Below are positions 1 through 12,029 of a stretch of 64,000 nt of DNA, piece after piece; position 1 is the first letter of the stretch, and the number at the start of each line of letters is the position of its first letter. This DNA comes from Escherichia coli. GTDB lineage: Bacteria > Pseudomonadota > Gammaproteobacteria > Enterobacterales > Enterobacteriaceae. The notes under the pieces were generated by a model. It was not told where the DNA came from. It worked only from the letters and a program-made list of their open reading frames with translations, and did not search any database. The stretch lies in assembly GCF_041248615.1 (NCBI RefSeq), contig NZ_CP158426.1. One strand, given 5' to 3'. Position numbers and translations under genes: made by a program.

Positions 1-1556
1 CCCGGATGACTGGAGATACTCTCTTCAATCTCGCGCGTACCCAGCCGATGTCCGGCAACGTTAATCACATCGTCAGTACGCCCGAGAATAAAGTGATAAC
101 CGTCAGCATCGCGGATGCCCCAGTCAAAGGTGGCATACACCGGACGGGAAAACAGCGACCAGTACGTCTTCACAAAGCGGTCGTCGTCGCCCCAAATGGT
201 CTGAATACACCCCGGCGGCAGCGGCCCTTCCACCACCAGCATCCCTTTCTCGTTGACCCCGCACGGTTCGCCGGTGACTTCATTGAGCAACTGCACGTTA
301 TAGCCATACATCGGCACGCCGGGGCTTCCCAGACGCGTCGGCCTGTCGTCCAGACCGCGGGCAATCGCCATAATCGGCCAGCCGGATTCGGTCTGCCAGT
401 AATTGTCGATCACCGGCACATCCAGCGTATTGCTCACCCAACTGGCGGTTGGCTCGTCCAGCGGCTCCCCCGCCAGATAGAGCACTTCCAGCGACGAGAG
501 ATCGTGTTTGCGAATTTCGGCGGTAGGGAATTTTTTCAGCACGCGAATGGCGGTTGGCGCTGAGAACATTCGGCTCACCTGATATTTCTCGACGATTTTC
601 CACCACACGCCGCAGTCCGGCCAGGTCGGCAATCCTTCGTAAACGATAGTCGCCATCCCCGCCAGCAGCGGCGCGTAGACGATATACGAATGCCCCACCA
701 CCCAGCCGATATCCGAGGCACAGAAGAACACGCCGCCCGCTTTGCCGCCAAAAATGGTGTCCATCGAGGTCGCCAGCGCCACCGCATATCCGCCAACGTC
801 ACGCTGCACGCCTTTAGGTTTGCCGGTCGTGCCGGAGGTGTAGAGAATGCAGGAGGTTTCGTTGGATTCCAGCCACGCCACCGGTACCCGCGCGCCGATG
901 TGTTGATGGCGCAACGACGCGAAATCGACATCCCGCCCGCTGACGCGTGCCATTTTCGCCAGCCCGCGATCCACCAGTAAAACGTGGCGCGGCTGATGCT
1001 GCGCCTGACTTATCGCATCGTCGAGCAATTTTTTATACGGAATAATTTTGCCACCGCGCGCTCCGGCATCTGCCGAGACAATCAGCACCGGTTTAGCGTC
1101 ATCAATTCGCGCCGCCACGCTGTGCGAGGCAAATCCCCCAAACACCACCGAGTGAATAGCGCCAATGCGCGCGCAAGCCAGCAGAGTAATATGTGCTTCG
1201 GCAATCATCGGCATATACACCAGCACCCGATCGCCGCGCTGCACACCCAGCGAGCGCAGCATTGAGGCCACCGCATTCACTTCGTCATGTAACTGGCGGA
1301 AGGTAAAGGTGCGCTCTTCTTCTGTTTCCGAAGAGACGGCAATCAGCGCCAGCGCCTCTGGCTGTTTCTCCAGCCAGCGGTCGATAGCGTTGTGGCACAA
1401 GTTGGTTCGGCCTTCACAAAACCAACGGGCAAACGGCGGGTTGCTGTGGTCGAGCGTTTGCGTAAAGGGCGTCTGCCAGTCAATACGCCGGGCCTGCTCG
1501 GCCCAGAACTGCTCCGGTTCGTTAATCGAACGCTGATAAAATTCGCTAAAAGACAT
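1..1556 (-). CDS. prpE: propionyl-CoA synthetase (propionate--CoA ligase), N-terminal part; 3' end runs off the window
   Basis: Reverse-strand ATG at 1554-1556 with AGGAG-like SD upstream; N-terminus reads MSFSEFYQRSINEPEQFWA; last gene of prpBCDE order; not in ORF track because no stop inside window. Confidence 0.88.
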   Translation of the reverse strand, partial: MSFSEFYQRSINEPEQFWAEQARRIDWQTPFTQTLDHSNPPFARWFCEGRTNLCHNAIDRWLEKQPEALALIAVSSETEEERTFTFRQLHDEVNAVASMLRSLGVQRGDRVLVYMPMIAEAHITLLACARIGAIHSVVFGGFASHSVAARIDDAKPVLIVSADAGARGGKIIPYKKLLDDAISQAQHQPRHVLLVDRGLAKMARVSGRDVDFASLRHQHIGARVPVAWLESNETSCILYTSGTTGKPKGVQRDVGGYAVALATSMDTIFGGKAGGVFFCASDIGWVVGHSYIVYAPLLAGMATIVYEGLPTWPDCGVWWKIVEKYQVSRMFSAPTAIRVLKKFPTAEIRKHDLSSLEVLYLAGEPLDEPTASWVSNTLDVPVIDNYWQTESGWPIMAIARGLDDRPTRLGSPGVPMYGYNVQLLNEVTGEPCGVNEKGMLVVEGPLPPGCIQTIWGDDDRFVKTYWSLFSRPVYATFDWGIRDADGYHFILGRTDDVINVAGHRLGTREIEESISSHP

Positions 1557-1595
1557 AATGCTCTCCTGTTGAACTTACGCCTTACCGCTGTTTGC

Positions 1596-3047
1596 TTAAA
1601 TGACGTACAGGTCGAGATACTCATTGACCGGCATCTGTTCCAGGCGAGCTCTGTCGAGAGAAACCTCCAGAATGCGCTGTTGCTGGCGAGTCGGGAACTG
1701 GCGCGCGAGATTGATTTTGAATTTATCGACCAGTTTCGGAATGCCATCCTGACGGCGGCGAGCATGACCAATGGGGTACTCCACCACCACTTCTTCAAAG
1801 CGCGTGCCGTCGGTGAACTCAAGGGTTATGGCATTGGCGATGGCACGTTTTTCCGGGTCGTGGTAGTCAGCGGTAAATGCCGGATCTTCAAAGCAATTGA
1901 TCTTCTCGCGCAGGGCGTCGATGCGTTTATCTTGCGCAACGTTGTCCTCGTAATCTGCCGCCGTTAAGCGTCCGAACAGCAGCGGGATCGCCACCATGTA
2001 CTGAATGCAGTGGTCGCGGTCAGCCGGGTTATTGAGCGGCCCTTTTTTGTCGATGATGCGAATACAGGCTTCGTGGGTGCGAATGGTCACTTTTTCGATA
2101 TCCGCCGCCGTTTTGCCTGCTGCCTGCATCTGTTCATAGAGCATCATCGCCGCTTCAACTGCCGTCTGGGAGTGGAACTCCGCCGGGAAGGAGATTTTGA
2201 ACAGCACATTTTCCATCACGTAAGAACCGTACGGACGCTGGAAGCGGAACGACTCACCTTTAAAGGAGACGTCGTAGAAGCCCCATACTGGCGCAGTCAG
2301 GGCTGACGGATAACCCATTTCGCCCGTTTTTGCCATCAATGCCAGACGTACCGCGCGGGAAGTGGCATCGCCCGCCGCCCAGGATTTACGCGTGCCGGTG
2401 TTCGGCGCATGGCGATAGGTGCGCAACGACTGACCGTCCACCCACGCCAGCGAAACGGCGTTGAGAATTTCCTCGCGGGTCAGGCCGAGCATTTCTGCAA
2501 CCACGGCGGTGGAAGCCACTTTCACTAACAGAACGTGGTCGAGGCCGACGCGGTTAAAGGAGTTTTCCAGCGCGATGCAGCCCTGAATTTCATGGGCTTT
2601 GATCATTCCGGTCAGCACCTGCTTCATGGTCAACGGCGCTTTGCCGCTAGCGACCGCGTTGCGCGAAAGCCAGTCCGCCGTTGCCAGAATGCCGCCGAGG
2701 TTGTCGGAAGGATGGCCCCACTCCGCCGCCAGCCAGGTATCGTTGAAATCGAGCCAACGGATCATCGCGCCGATGTTAAATGCCGCCTGGACGGGGTCGA
2801 GCTGGAACTGAGTTCCGGGGACGCGCACGCCGTTGGGTACGACGGTGCCAGGGACAATTGGCCCCAGCAGTTTTTTACAGGCCGGGTATTCGAGAGCTTC
2901 CAGACCGCAGCCGAGCGTGTCGAGCAGGCAGTAATGTGCGGTCTCGTAGGCCACTCTGGAGCTGATTTCGTAGTTCATCACGTAATCGACGATATCAACG
3001 ATTTCACGATCAAATTCCGGGCGGATGTTGTTGATTTGAGCTGACAT
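1596..3047 (-). CDS. prpD: 2-methylcitrate dehydratase
   Basis: 483-aa ORF, MmgE/PrpD-family sequence, position between prpC and prpE. Confidence 0.92.
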   Translation of the reverse strand: MSAQINNIRPEFDREIVDIVDYVMNYEISSRVAYETAHYCLLDTLGCGLEALEYPACKKLLGPIVPGTVVPNGVRVPGTQFQLDPVQAAFNIGAMIRWLDFNDTWLAAEWGHPSDNLGGILATADWLSRNAVASGKAPLTMKQVLTGMIKAHEIQGCIALENSFNRVGLDHVLLVKVASTAVVAEMLGLTREEILNAVSLAWVDGQSLRTYRHAPNTGTRKSWAAGDATSRAVRLALMAKTGEMGYPSALTAPVWGFYDVSFKGESFRFQRPYGSYVMENVLFKISFPAEFHSQTAVEAAMMLYEQMQAAGKTAADIEKVTIRTHEACIRIIDKKGPLNNPADRDHCIQYMVAIPLLFGRLTAADYEDNVAQDKRIDALREKINCFEDPAFTADYHDPEKRAIANAITLEFTDGTRFEEVVVEYPIGHARRRQDGIPKLVDKFKINLARQFPTRQQQRILEVSLDRARLEQMPVNEYLDLYVI

Positions 3048-3080
3048 TGGGTACGTTTCCTTATTGTTATTCGTAGAGGT

Positions 3081-4250
3081 TTACTGGCGCTTATCCAGCG
3101 CGACAAACTGGCGGTCTTCCGGTCCAACATAATTGGCGGAAGGACGGATAATTTTGTTGTCCTGACGTTGTTCGATAATGTGCGCCGCCCAGCCGGTGAC
3201 GCGGGCGATAACAAACAGTGGGGTGAACATCTCGGTAGGAACGCCCATCATGTTGTAGGAAACAGCGGAGAACCAGTCGAGATTGGGGAACATCTTTTTG
3301 CTCTCCCACATCACTGTTTCCAGGCGATCGGCGATGTTGTACATCTTCAGCGAGCCGCCTTCCTGCGAGAGCTGCTTCGCCACGCGTTTGATCACCTGAT
3401 GACGCGGGTCGGCGATGGTATAAACCGGATGACCAAAACCAATGACCACTTCTTTGTTTTCCACCCGCTTGCGGATATCGGCTTCGGCTTCGTCCGGCGT
3501 TTCGTAGCGTTGCTGGATCTCCAGCGACACTTCATTCGCCCCGCCGTGCTTCGGCCCGCGCAGTGCACCAATCGCGCCAATAATCGCGGAATACATATCA
3601 GAGCCGGTGCCCGCAATCACCCGGCTGGTAAAGGTGGAGGCGTTAAACTCGTGTTCGGCGTACAGCACCAGCGAAATATGCATCGCCTTTTCCCAGCTTT
3701 GCGATGGCTTTTCGCCGTGCAGCAGATGCAGGAAGTGACCGCCGATGGAGTCGTCATCGGTTTCCGGCTGGATGCGTTCGCCGTTGTGGCTGTAGTGATA
3801 CCAGTAGAGAAGAATCGAGCTAAGTGACGCCAGCAGTTTGTCGGCAATATCCCGCGCACCAGATACAGTGTGCCCCTCTTTTTCCGGCAGTGTGCAGCCG
3901 AGCGCGGAAACGCCGGTGCGCATAACATCCATCGGGTGCGACGCCGCTGGTAAGGCTTCCAGCACAGTACGCACGTTAGCCGGTAAACCGCGCAGGGCTT
4001 TCAGTTTCGTTTTGTAGGCGGCGAGTTCGTCACGGGTCGGCAGTTTGCCGTGGATCAGCAGATGCGCCACTTCTTCAAATTCGCAATGTTCCGCCAGATC
4101 AAGAATGTCGTAGCCGCGGTAATGCAAATCATTGCCACTTTTACCCACGGTGCAGAGCGCCGTATTGCCCGCCGGAACGCCAGAAAGTGCCACCGATTTT
4201 TTCGGTTTAATGACATGGGTACTGTTTTGCAGGATCGTTGTGTCGCTCAT
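3081..4250 (-). CDS. prpC: 2-methylcitrate synthase
   Basis: 389-aa ORF, citrate-synthase family, between prpB and prpD. Confidence 0.92.
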   Translation of the reverse strand: MSDTTILQNSTHVIKPKKSVALSGVPAGNTALCTVGKSGNDLHYRGYDILDLAEHCEFEEVAHLLIHGKLPTRDELAAYKTKLKALRGLPANVRTVLEALPAASHPMDVMRTGVSALGCTLPEKEGHTVSGARDIADKLLASLSSILLYWYHYSHNGERIQPETDDDSIGGHFLHLLHGEKPSQSWEKAMHISLVLYAEHEFNASTFTSRVIAGTGSDMYSAIIGAIGALRGPKHGGANEVSLEIQQRYETPDEAEADIRKRVENKEVVIGFGHPVYTIADPRHQVIKRVAKQLSQEGGSLKMYNIADRLETVMWESKKMFPNLDWFSAVSYNMMGVPTEMFTPLFVIARVTGWAAHIIEQRQDNKIIRPSANYVGPEDRQFVALDKRQ

Positions 4251-4294
4251 ATTGTCCTCGTCATTTGTAGGGTCGAGATATTTTTCGTTGTGTT

Positions 4295-5185
4295 TTATTT
4301 CACCTGGCTACGGGCAAACAGGTCGTCGAGCTTCTCTTCGTACTGATAGTAATTGATGCTTTCGTACAGCTCGTTGCGGGTTTGCATGGTGTCGATGACG
4401 CTTTTCTGCGTGCCTTCCTGACGCAGGACGTTGTAGACATGTTCGGCGGCGCGGTTCATGGCGCGAAACGCTGAAAGCGGGTACAGCGCCATTGCAACAT
4501 GGGCACTGCGTAATTCATCGGTAGTAAACAGCGGTGTTGCGCCAAATTCGGTAATATTGGCGAGGATCGGCACCTGCACCGCATCGGCAAACTGGCGGTA
4601 CATGGCGAGTTCGGTAATCGCCTCCGGGAACAACATCTCGGCACCCGCTTCAACATAGGCCTGCGCACGCTCAATCGCCGCATCCAGCCCCTCTACCGCC
4701 AGCGCATCGGTGCGCGCCATGATCACAAAATCAGGATCGGTTTTCGCATCCACCGCCGCGCGGATCCGATCCACCATCTCCTCTTTCGAGACGATCGCTT
4801 TGTTCGGACGATGACCGCAGCGTTTCGCACCAACCTGATCTTCAATATGCAATCCTGCCGCACCGGCTTTAATCATCGATTTCACGGTGCGCGCCACGTT
4901 AAAAGCAGAAGAACCAAAACCGATATCCGCATCCACCAGCAGCGGCAGCGAACAAACGTCGGTGATACGGCGAATATCTGTCAGCACGTCATCAAGAGTA
5001 GAAATACCGAGATCGGGCAGCCCCAGCGACCCTGCCGCCACGCCACCGCCGGAGAGATAAATTGCCTGATATCCGGCACGCTGCGCCAACAGCGCATGGT
5101 TGGCGTTAATGGTGCCAACAATCTGCAATGGATTTTCTTTAGACAGTGCAGCGCGAAACGCTTTACCTGGAGAGTGTAGAGACAT
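4295..5185 (-). CDS. prpB: 2-methylisocitrate lyase
   Basis: 296-aa ORF, isocitrate lyase/PEP mutase family, first gene of prp operon. Confidence 0.92.
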   Translation of the reverse strand: MSLHSPGKAFRAALSKENPLQIVGTINANHALLAQRAGYQAIYLSGGGVAAGSLGLPDLGISTLDDVLTDIRRITDVCSLPLLVDADIGFGSSAFNVARTVKSMIKAGAAGLHIEDQVGAKRCGHRPNKAIVSKEEMVDRIRAAVDAKTDPDFVIMARTDALAVEGLDAAIERAQAYVEAGAEMLFPEAITELAMYRQFADAVQVPILANITEFGATPLFTTDELRSAHVAMALYPLSAFRAMNRAAEHVYNVLRQEGTQKSVIDTMQTRNELYESINYYQYEEKLDDLFARSQVK

Positions 5186-5231
5186 AGCCCATCCTTTGTT
5201 ATCAACTTGTTATTTGCGTTGATAAAGACAA

Positions 5232-5247
5232 AGCAAGGGGTGTGCCA
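5232..5247 (-). promoter_or_regulatory. candidate sigma-54 (-24/-12) promoter for prpBCDE
   Basis: Minus strand reads TGGCAC-ACCCC-TTGCT (consensus TGGCAC-N5-TTGCW), about 47 bp upstream of prpB start; divergent prpR is a sigma-54 enhancer-binding protein. Confidence 0.6.
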
Positions 5248-5423
5248 CAATTGACTGAATAAAATTAAATGTTTAATTTCAATTTGTTATAAATAAAGTC
5301 ATGAAGTAATCCGCAAATATGCGTTTCAGTTAACGTTTCAGGCAATGTTTCACCGCGTTTCATTGCAACAATTATGAAACAAGACTAAACCCAATATTCG
5401 GTTTCTTAACTTTGCGGTGCGCT

Positions 5424-7010
5424 ATGGCACATCCACCACGGCTGAATGACGACAAACCGGTGATCTGGACGGTATCTGTAACGCGCCTGTTCGAGCTGTT
5501 TCGCGATATCAGCCTCGAGTTTGATCATCTGGCGAACATTACCCCTATCCAGCTTGGCTTTGAAAAAGCGGTGACCTACATCCGCAAAAAACTGGCAAAC
5601 GAACGCTGTGACGCCATCATCGCTGCTGGCTCTAACGGCGCGTACCTGAAAAGCCGCCTGTCAGTGCCAGTTATTTTGATTAAACCGAGCGGCTACGATG
5701 TGTTACAGGCACTGGCAAAAGCCGGAAAACTCACCTCTTCTATCGGCGTTGTCACTTATCAGGAAACCATTCCAGCGCTGGTGGCGTTTCAAAAAACCTT
5801 TAATTTGCGCCTCGACCAACGTAGCTACATTACCGAGGAAGACGCACGCGGGCAGATTAACGAGCTAAAAGCTAACGGCACCGAAGCGGTGGTCGGCGCG
5901 GGGCTGATTACCGATCTGGCAGAAGAAGCCGGAATGACCGGAATTTTTATCTATTCCGCCGCCACCGTGCGCCAGGCATTCAGCGATGCGCTGGATATGA
6001 CGCGCATGTCGTTACGCCATAACACTCACGATGCCACCCGCAACGCCCTGCGTACTCGTTACGTGCTGGGCGATATGCTCGGTCAATCACCACAGATGGA
6101 ACAGGTACGGCAGACTATTTTGCTGTATGCCCGCTCCAGTGCGGCGGTGTTGATTGAGGGGGAAACGGGGACGGGCAAAGAACTGGCAGCCCAGGCGATT
6201 CATCGGGAATATTTTGCCCGCCACGATGCGCGACAGTGCAAAAAATCGCATCCGTTTGTTGCCGTCAACTGCGGGGCGATTGCCGAATCGCTGCTGGAAG
6301 CAGAGCTGTTTGGCTATGAGGAAGGGGCGTTCACCGGCTCGCGACGTGGAGGTCGCGCCGGGCTGTTCGAAATTGCCCACGGCGGTACGCTGTTTCTGGA
6401 TGAGATTGGCGAAATGCCGCTGCCGTTGCAGACTCGGCTGCTGCGGGTGCTGGAAGAAAAAGAGGTCACCCGCGTCGGCGGGCATCAGCCTGTTCCGGTA
6501 GATGTGCGGGTCATTAGCGCCACTCACTGCAATCTGGAAGAAGATATGCAGCAAGGACGTTTTCGCCGTGATCTGTTTTATCGGCTGAGTATTTTGCGTC
6601 TGCAATTGCCACCACTGCGCGAGCGGGTGGCGGATATTCTGCCGCTGGCGGAAAGCTTTTTGAAAGTGTCTCTGGCGGCGCTCTCCGCCCCGTTTTCTGC
6701 CGCATTACGCCAGGGATTACAGGCAAGCGAAACCGTGCTGGTGCACTACGACTGGCCGGGCAATATTCGTGAACTGCGCAATATGATGGAGCGACTGGCG
6801 CTGTTTTTAAGTGTGGAACCGACGCCGGATTTAACGCCGCAATTTTTGCAGCTGCTACTGCCGGAACTAGCGCGCGAGTCAGCGAAAATTCCCTCCTCAT
6901 CCTTGCTGACACCACAACAGGCACTGGAGAAATTTAATGGCGATAAAACAGCAGCGGCGAATTATTTAGGTATCAGCCGGACGACGTTCTGGCGGCGGCT
7001 GAAAAGCTGA
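5424..7010 (+). CDS. prpR: sigma-54-dependent propionate catabolism activator
   Basis: ORF 5412-7010; likely start [10 protein letters not shown] at 5424 (528 aa); AAA+ sigma-54 interaction motifs ([13 protein letters not shown]), C-terminal HTH. Confidence 0.9.
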   Translation: MAHPPRLNDDKPVIWTVSVTRLFELFRDISLEFDHLANITPIQLGFEKAVTYIRKKLANERCDAIIAAGSNGAYLKSRLSVPVILIKPSGYDVLQALAKAGKLTSSIGVVTYQETIPALVAFQKTFNLRLDQRSYITEEDARGQINELKANGTEAVVGAGLITDLAEEAGMTGIFIYSAATVRQAFSDALDMTRMSLRHNTHDATRNALRTRYVLGDMLGQSPQMEQVRQTILLYARSSAAVLIEGETGTGKELAAQAIHREYFARHDARQCKKSHPFVAVNCGAIAESLLEAELFGYEEGAFTGSRRGGRAGLFEIAHGGTLFLDEIGEMPLPLQTRLLRVLEEKEVTRVGGHQPVPVDVRVISATHCNLEEDMQQGRFRRDLFYRLSILRLQLPPLRERVADILPLAESFLKVSLAALSAPFSAALRQGLQASETVLVHYDWPGNIRELRNMMERLALFLSVEPTPDLTPQFLQLLLPELARESAKIPSSSLLTPQQALEKFNGDKTAAANYLGISRTTFWRRLKS

Positions 7011-7110
7011 ACTGCCGAATGCAGCGCGAACGCTTTATCCGGCATAAATTTTAATAGATGATGATCACCGATAAACTTACGCATCGGGGATGTTTACATA
7101 GGTTTCAGAA

Positions 7111-7386
7111 TTACTTCTTCTTATAAATATTTGCCGTGCCGTGAATCTTATTGTCAGTTTGACCAGAGGTCAGCACCAACACATCAGCCCCTTTTTCATC
7201 GGCTTTTTTGATTAAATCTTCTTTTGCATCTGCAGTCGACATTTCATTACTGGTTGAAATATCACCTATTTTTTCATACTGCGATTCAACTTTTTCAAAT
7301 TCCGCTTTGGTCATCAATTCAGCGGCATAGACATTGGTAACGGCAAACGCTAACGCACCGACTAACATTTTAGAGATTATTTTCAT
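7111..7386 (-). CDS. yahO: small periplasmic protein, DUF1471 family
   Basis: 91-aa ORF with signal peptide [21 protein letters not shown]. Confidence 0.8.
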   Translation of the reverse strand: MKIISKMLVGALAFAVTNVYAAELMTKAEFEKVESQYEKIGDISTSNEMSTADAKEDLIKKADEKGADVLVLTSGQTDNKIHGTANIYKKK

Positions 7387-7532
7387 ATTACGGCTCCAGA
7401 GTTGTTATCACACTATCACCCACCGACATTATTGGGTTGATTAATAATTAGTTCAGTCAGGGCATAAACGCCAGTAACCGGAAATAAGACACTTTGTGAT
7501 CTCTCTCGCACCCGATTATTTTTGGTAGAAAT

Positions 7533-8204
7533 ATGATGCAGTTAGTTCACTTATTTATGGATGAAATCACTATGGATCCTTTGCATGCCGTTTACCTGAC
7601 CGTAGGACTGTTCGTGATTACTTTTTTTAATCCGGGAGCCAATCTCTTTGTGGTAGTACAAACCAGCCTGGCTTCCGGTCGACGCGCAGGAGTGCTGACC
7701 GGACTGGGCGTGGCGCTGGGCGATGCGTTTTATTCCGGGTTGGGTTTGTTTGGTTTGGCGACGTTAATTACGCAGTGCGAGGAGATTTTTTCGCTTATCA
7801 GAATCGTCGGCGGCGCTTATCTCTTATGGTTTGCGTGGTGCAGCATGCGCCGCCAGTCAACACCGCAAATGAGCACACTACAACAACCGATTAGCGCCCC
7901 CTGGTATGTCTTTTTTCGCCGCGGATTAATTACCGATCTCTCTAACCCGCAAACCGTTTTATTTTTTATCAGTATTTTCTCAGTAACATTAAATGCCGAA
8001 ACACCAACATGGGCACGTTTAATGGCCTGGGCGGGGATTGTGCTCGCATCAATTATCTGGCGAGTCTTTCTTAGTCAGGCGTTTTCTTTGCCCGCAGTGC
8101 GTCGTGCTTATGGGCGTATGCAACGCGTTGCCAGTCGGGTTATTGGTGCAATTATTGGTGTATTCGCGCTACGCCTGATTTACGAAGGGGTGACGCAGCG
8201 GTGA
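7533..8204 (+). CDS. yahN: LysE/RhtB-family amino-acid exporter
   Basis: 223-aa polytopic membrane ORF. Confidence 0.8.
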   Translation: MMQLVHLFMDEITMDPLHAVYLTVGLFVITFFNPGANLFVVVQTSLASGRRAGVLTGLGVALGDAFYSGLGLFGLATLITQCEEIFSLIRIVGGAYLLWFAWCSMRRQSTPQMSTLQQPISAPWYVFFRRGLITDLSNPQTVLFFISIFSVTLNAETPTWARLMAWAGIVLASIIWRVFLSQAFSLPAVRRAYGRMQRVASRVIGAIIGVFALRLIYEGVTQR

Positions 8205-8220
8205 GCAGATAATTTACTCT

Positions 8221-8466
8221 CTACGTAATCAACCTGATTTGCCGAATCCCGACCATCGGCGATGATAGCCCCCGTAATGCGTGGTCCTTATTTCCGATAA
8301 GTTTACTTGAGTCTTTAGCTTCCCATTTCAGCCCACTCTCCCCTGTGTGGGCTTTTTTCATTGCTCTGACCCGTCCTGAATAGCCAAACAATGGCAATGT
8401 TTCACTTTGCAGGGATGATAATAAGGGGATCTGATTCAGAAGAGTTATGAAAAGTTGGACCGCCAT
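8221..8466 (-). CDS. yahM: small hypothetical protein
   Basis: ORF 8221-8496; internal ATG at 8466 gives 81 aa; position between yahN and yahL; weak coding evidence. Confidence 0.4.
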   Translation of the reverse strand: MAVQLFITLLNQIPLLSSLQSETLPLFGYSGRVRAMKKAHTGESGLKWEAKDSSKLIGNKDHALRGLSSPMVGIRQIRLIT

Positions 8467-8878
8467 CGAGGCCTCGAACCCCGTACCATACAACAATCCT
8501 GGTTGTCGTCTGCTCTTCCTGATGAGCTAATGGCGGTTTTTGATATGAGCCTTACAGCATATTTTCTGTCAGGCTTGAGTGCGATGCGTAAGATACAGAA
8601 AAGACCCCACACAAACATGATGGAATTATGATTTTTTTCATATGAATGTCAACCCACACATTCACAAAACATCTGCATGAGATCATTTTTTATACACCGT
8701 ATAGCTGCGAAACCACTGCTGATGCTTTTTTAAGCGAAGCGTCGCCGATCACAACAAAATATCGGCGAAAAAGGCGGTGGAATGCCATTTGGCATACGGA
8801 TATACAGATGAAATGATTACCTGCTTTGCGATTCACTCTCTGGTGGAATAACAACTCGCAGGTGGAACCCTTTCTGAA

Positions 8879-9694
8879 CTAAAGAGTGTAGCGGATTTTA
8901 ACGTGCTTATTTACAGGATAATATCTGTCACCTAATTCCTGGACTCTATTAGATATCCATTGATTTAATCGCGCATCATCTCTGTATGTTTTTACGTCCA
9001 GAACAGAGAGCAATAACATCACCAGTGATTCAGGAAAAACAGGGTAGATATTTTTTAAGTGTAATAATAATCCATGCGCAAGCGCCTGCTTAATGGGTGC
9101 GTCGGTCTCCGGAATAGACGACATTTCGCGAAGCCATTTTTCCACATGCATACACTCTTTCCCTTTAGGGAAAAGTCTCAGCAAAGGCATATGGTGTTCA
9201 AGAAGAATACATTTGCAATCTGTTCGCACTGAATCGATAAACTGCACTAATTTCTTAAGCCCGGTAAAGCGTCCAGCCTGCACGTTTGCTTTAATATCAA
9301 GAAACGCATCGTCCTGGTCATATACCCAAACTGTCCCTTTTTGATTTTCAAGTATGCGAAAAACAAACTTAACCGGGTGATCAGGGTAATCCATCCAGTC
9401 ATAAAATCCAGGGAAATCATTAAACTGCACATTTATAGTGAGTGCGTTATCGTCTGACCACTCACAGTCTCGTACAGCAGCCATGAGATGAATGAGTTTG
9501 TCGTCATCGACTAAATCATCACGACAATCATAAGGATAATCATAATATTGTTTAATCAAAACCTTGAATATATCGACACAGGAGACCAGGGAGCTTTTGA
9601 TATCCTCTGGTAACTGATTGTTTTTTACTGTATTAAGTATGCTTTGTTGCGTATATGGCATCAAATTATTGTGCGGAGCTTTTAATGATATCAT
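8879..9694 (-). CDS. yahL: hypothetical protein
   Basis: 271-aa ORF in conserved position. Confidence 0.7.
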   Translation of the reverse strand: MISLKAPHNNLMPYTQQSILNTVKNNQLPEDIKSSLVSCVDIFKVLIKQYYDYPYDCRDDLVDDDKLIHLMAAVRDCEWSDDNALTINVQFNDFPGFYDWMDYPDHPVKFVFRILENQKGTVWVYDQDDAFLDIKANVQAGRFTGLKKLVQFIDSVRTDCKCILLEHHMPLLRLFPKGKECMHVEKWLREMSSIPETDAPIKQALAHGLLLHLKNIYPVFPESLVMLLLSVLDVKTYRDDARLNQWISNRVQELGDRYYPVNKHVKIRYTL

Positions 9695-9861
9695 CGCGAT
9701 CTCTCTTAAATAAAAATAAACGTCGCAGATAATAAAGCCCTGATTAAACCAGGCACTATCAGAAATCGCTCATAACTAACGTGTGAAGTATTGTGTACTG
9801 GAGGGAGTTAATTTAACAATTTGAATTTACGTTATAGGTTTTACTGCTACTTTGATATTAT

Positions 9862-9899
9862 TTCGCTCTCCTTAACTAAAAAGTTAAGTGGAGAGCGAA
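9862..9899. terminator. strong hairpin immediately downstream of yahK stop (candidate terminator or RNA stabiliser)
   Basis: TTCGCTCTCCTTAACT-AAAA-AGTTAAGTGGAGAGCGAA: 16 bp stem with 2-nt bulge; no clear U-tract on either strand. Confidence 0.35.
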
Positions 9900-9936
9900 G
9901 TTAATATGTTAAACCACAGGGTATTTATTAATTTTT

Positions 9937-10986
9937 TCAGTCTGTTAGTGTGCGATTATCGATAACAAAACGATATTTCACATCACCACGCAGCATTCGC
10001 TCATAGGCTTCATTAATTTGATCGGCCCGAATCATCTCTATATCAGCCACGATGCCATGTTCGGCGCAAAAATCGAGCATCTCCTGAGTTTCTGGAATGC
10101 CGCCAATCATAGAACCGGCTATCGCACGGCGTTTCATGATCAGGTTGAAAACTTCCGGCGATTTATGCGGTGTCGCAGGCGCACCAACCAGCGTCATGGT
10201 GCCATCACGCTTCAGCAAGGTGGTAAAATCGTCGAGATTATGTGGCGCAGCTACTGTATTCAAAATGAAATCGAAACTCTTGAGATGAGCCGCCATCTCA
10301 TCGGCATTGCGTGAGTTAACAACTTCATCGGCCCCCAGGGCTTTTGCCGCTTCGCGTTTTGACTCAGAAGTGGTAAATGCCACCACATGCGCCCCCATCG
10401 CGTGGGCCAGCTTAATCCCCATATGTCCCAGACCGCCGATGCCGACCACGCCCACTTTTTTACCCGGCCCGGCCTGCCAGTGACGTAGCGGCGAATACGT
10501 GGTGATCCCTGCACACAACAAAGGAGCCACCGCCGCCAGCTGCTCTTGCGGGTGACGAATACGCAGAACATATCGCTCATGAACGACGATCTGTTGTGAG
10601 TAGCCGCCCAGAGTATGGCCCGGTTCGTCCGGCGTCGGCGAGTTATAGGTGCCGGTCATGTGATCACAGTAGTTTTCCAGCCCGTCTTCACACTCTTCGC
10701 AATGTTTACAACTGTCGACAATGCAGCCGACACCGACCAGATCGCCCGGCGCATGTTTTTCTACCTGATCACCAACGGCTACCACACGCCCCACAATTTC
10801 ATGACCCGGCACGCAGGGGTAAACCGTCCCCGCCCACTCGGAACGGACCTGGTGGAGATCGGAATGGCAAACGCCACAGTAAGCGATTTCAATTTTGACA
10901 TCATGCGGTCCCGGTTCACGCCGGGTGATATCCATCGATTCAAGTGGTTGTTTAGCGGAATATGCACCAACAGCTTTGATCTTCAT
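9937..10986 (-). CDS. yahK: Zn-dependent NADPH aldehyde reductase / alcohol dehydrogenase (MDR family)
   Basis: 349-aa ORF; zinc ADH motif GHEIVGRV; Rossmann GVVGIGGLGH. Confidence 0.88.
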   Translation of the reverse strand: MKIKAVGAYSAKQPLESMDITRREPGPHDVKIEIAYCGVCHSDLHQVRSEWAGTVYPCVPGHEIVGRVVAVGDQVEKHAPGDLVGVGCIVDSCKHCEECEDGLENYCDHMTGTYNSPTPDEPGHTLGGYSQQIVVHERYVLRIRHPQEQLAAVAPLLCAGITTYSPLRHWQAGPGKKVGVVGIGGLGHMGIKLAHAMGAHVVAFTTSESKREAAKALGADEVVNSRNADEMAAHLKSFDFILNTVAAPHNLDDFTTLLKRDGTMTLVGAPATPHKSPEVFNLIMKRRAIAGSMIGGIPETQEMLDFCAEHGIVADIEMIRADQINEAYERMLRGDVKYRFVIDNRTLTD

Positions 10987-11072
10987 TGTGTTTACTCCTG
11001 ATTAGCTATGTGTATTTGGCGATGCCTGATATGTCATCGCGGCAAAACGCGTCCATTGAATATAGCCAATAT

Positions 11073-12029
11073 TTAAACCACCCGATCCAGCCCCAACATG
11101 CCGCGAGCCTGAATGAAACAGAGCAGCAACGTTCCCCATAAGGCCATCGTCAGGTAGGGGCTTATACCGAGAATATTGAAGCCGCTTTCAATAATTTGCA
11201 GAAGAAACAGCGCCAGCACCATACCAATTATCCGCCCGCTGCCGCCGTCCGGATTAACCCCGCCGAGTACTGCCGCGAGGATTGACACCAGCAAGTACGA
11301 TTCGCCATAAGAGGCCTTAGCCGAGTTGAGTTTCGACATCATCAAAAATGCCGCTACCGCACAAAGCAAGGCGGAAATGACATACACCCAAATCAGCACC
11401 CGACGAGTGTTAATGCCGGAGTAAAGTGTTGCTCGTTCGTTAGAACCAATCAGATAAATGGATTTACCGAGCGGCGTTTTCTCCAGCAATATCCACAGCC
11501 CTAGCGACACTGCGGTAAACAACCACATCGGTAGCGGAATACCGAACCACTGTGCATGATTCAACCACAGCACCCATGAGGGATAATTGGCAATGGCGCT
11601 ACCGCCTGTCACCAGAATATTTACCCCTTTGAGCAACGTCATCATCCCAAGCGTTGCAAGAATTGGCGACACTCGAATACCAGCAATCAATACGCCGTTA
11701 CATAAACCGATTATCACCGCCGCGCCAGCGCCCGCCAGCAGCGTAGCGACAACCGTAGCAATACCCGGTGGATACTGAGTCGCCACCCACGCCATCACCA
11801 GTGAACAGGCGTTAGCAGTGGCTATAATTGACAAGTTAATGCCACCGCAAAGCATGGTCACCGCCATAGCCAACGCCAGAATGCCCAGCACGGGCATTTG
11901 CGAAGCGACGGACTGGAAATTACTTATCGACCAGAAAATCTCCGGCATAGTAATGCTGAAGGCTGCAACAGTTAGCACCAGCAGGCCGATCAAGTAAAAC
12001 TCAACGTTGTTACGCCACGATTTTTTCAT
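11073..12029 (-). CDS. ABC transporter permease (CUT2 sugar-type)
   Basis: ORF 11073-12059; internal start MKKSWRNN at 12029 forms ATGA overlap with stop of upstream permease; polytopic membrane protein. Confidence 0.8.
   Translation of the reverse strand: MKKSWRNNVEFYLIGLLVLTVAAFSITMPEIFWSISNFQSVASQMPVLGILALAMAVTMLCGGINLSIIATANACSLVMAWVATQYPPGIATVVATLLAGAGAAVIIGLCNGVLIAGIRVSPILATLGMMTLLKGVNILVTGGSAIANYPSWVLWLNHAQWFGIPLPMWLFTAVSLGLWILLEKTPLGKSIYLIGSNERATLYSGINTRRVLIWVYVISALLCAVAAFLMMSKLNSAKASYGESYLLVSILAAVLGGVNPDGGSGRIIGMVLALFLLQIIESGFNILGISPYLTMALWGTLLLCFIQARGMLGLDRVV

Noticed and set aside
6-1536. Plus-strand and other minus-frame ORFs (6-563, 690-980, 984-1265, 1165-1536, 298-606, 575-931) over the prpE region
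   Set aside because: They overlap the recognisable prpE coding frame on the opposite strand or in other frames; typical shadow ORFs in GC-rich coding sequence.
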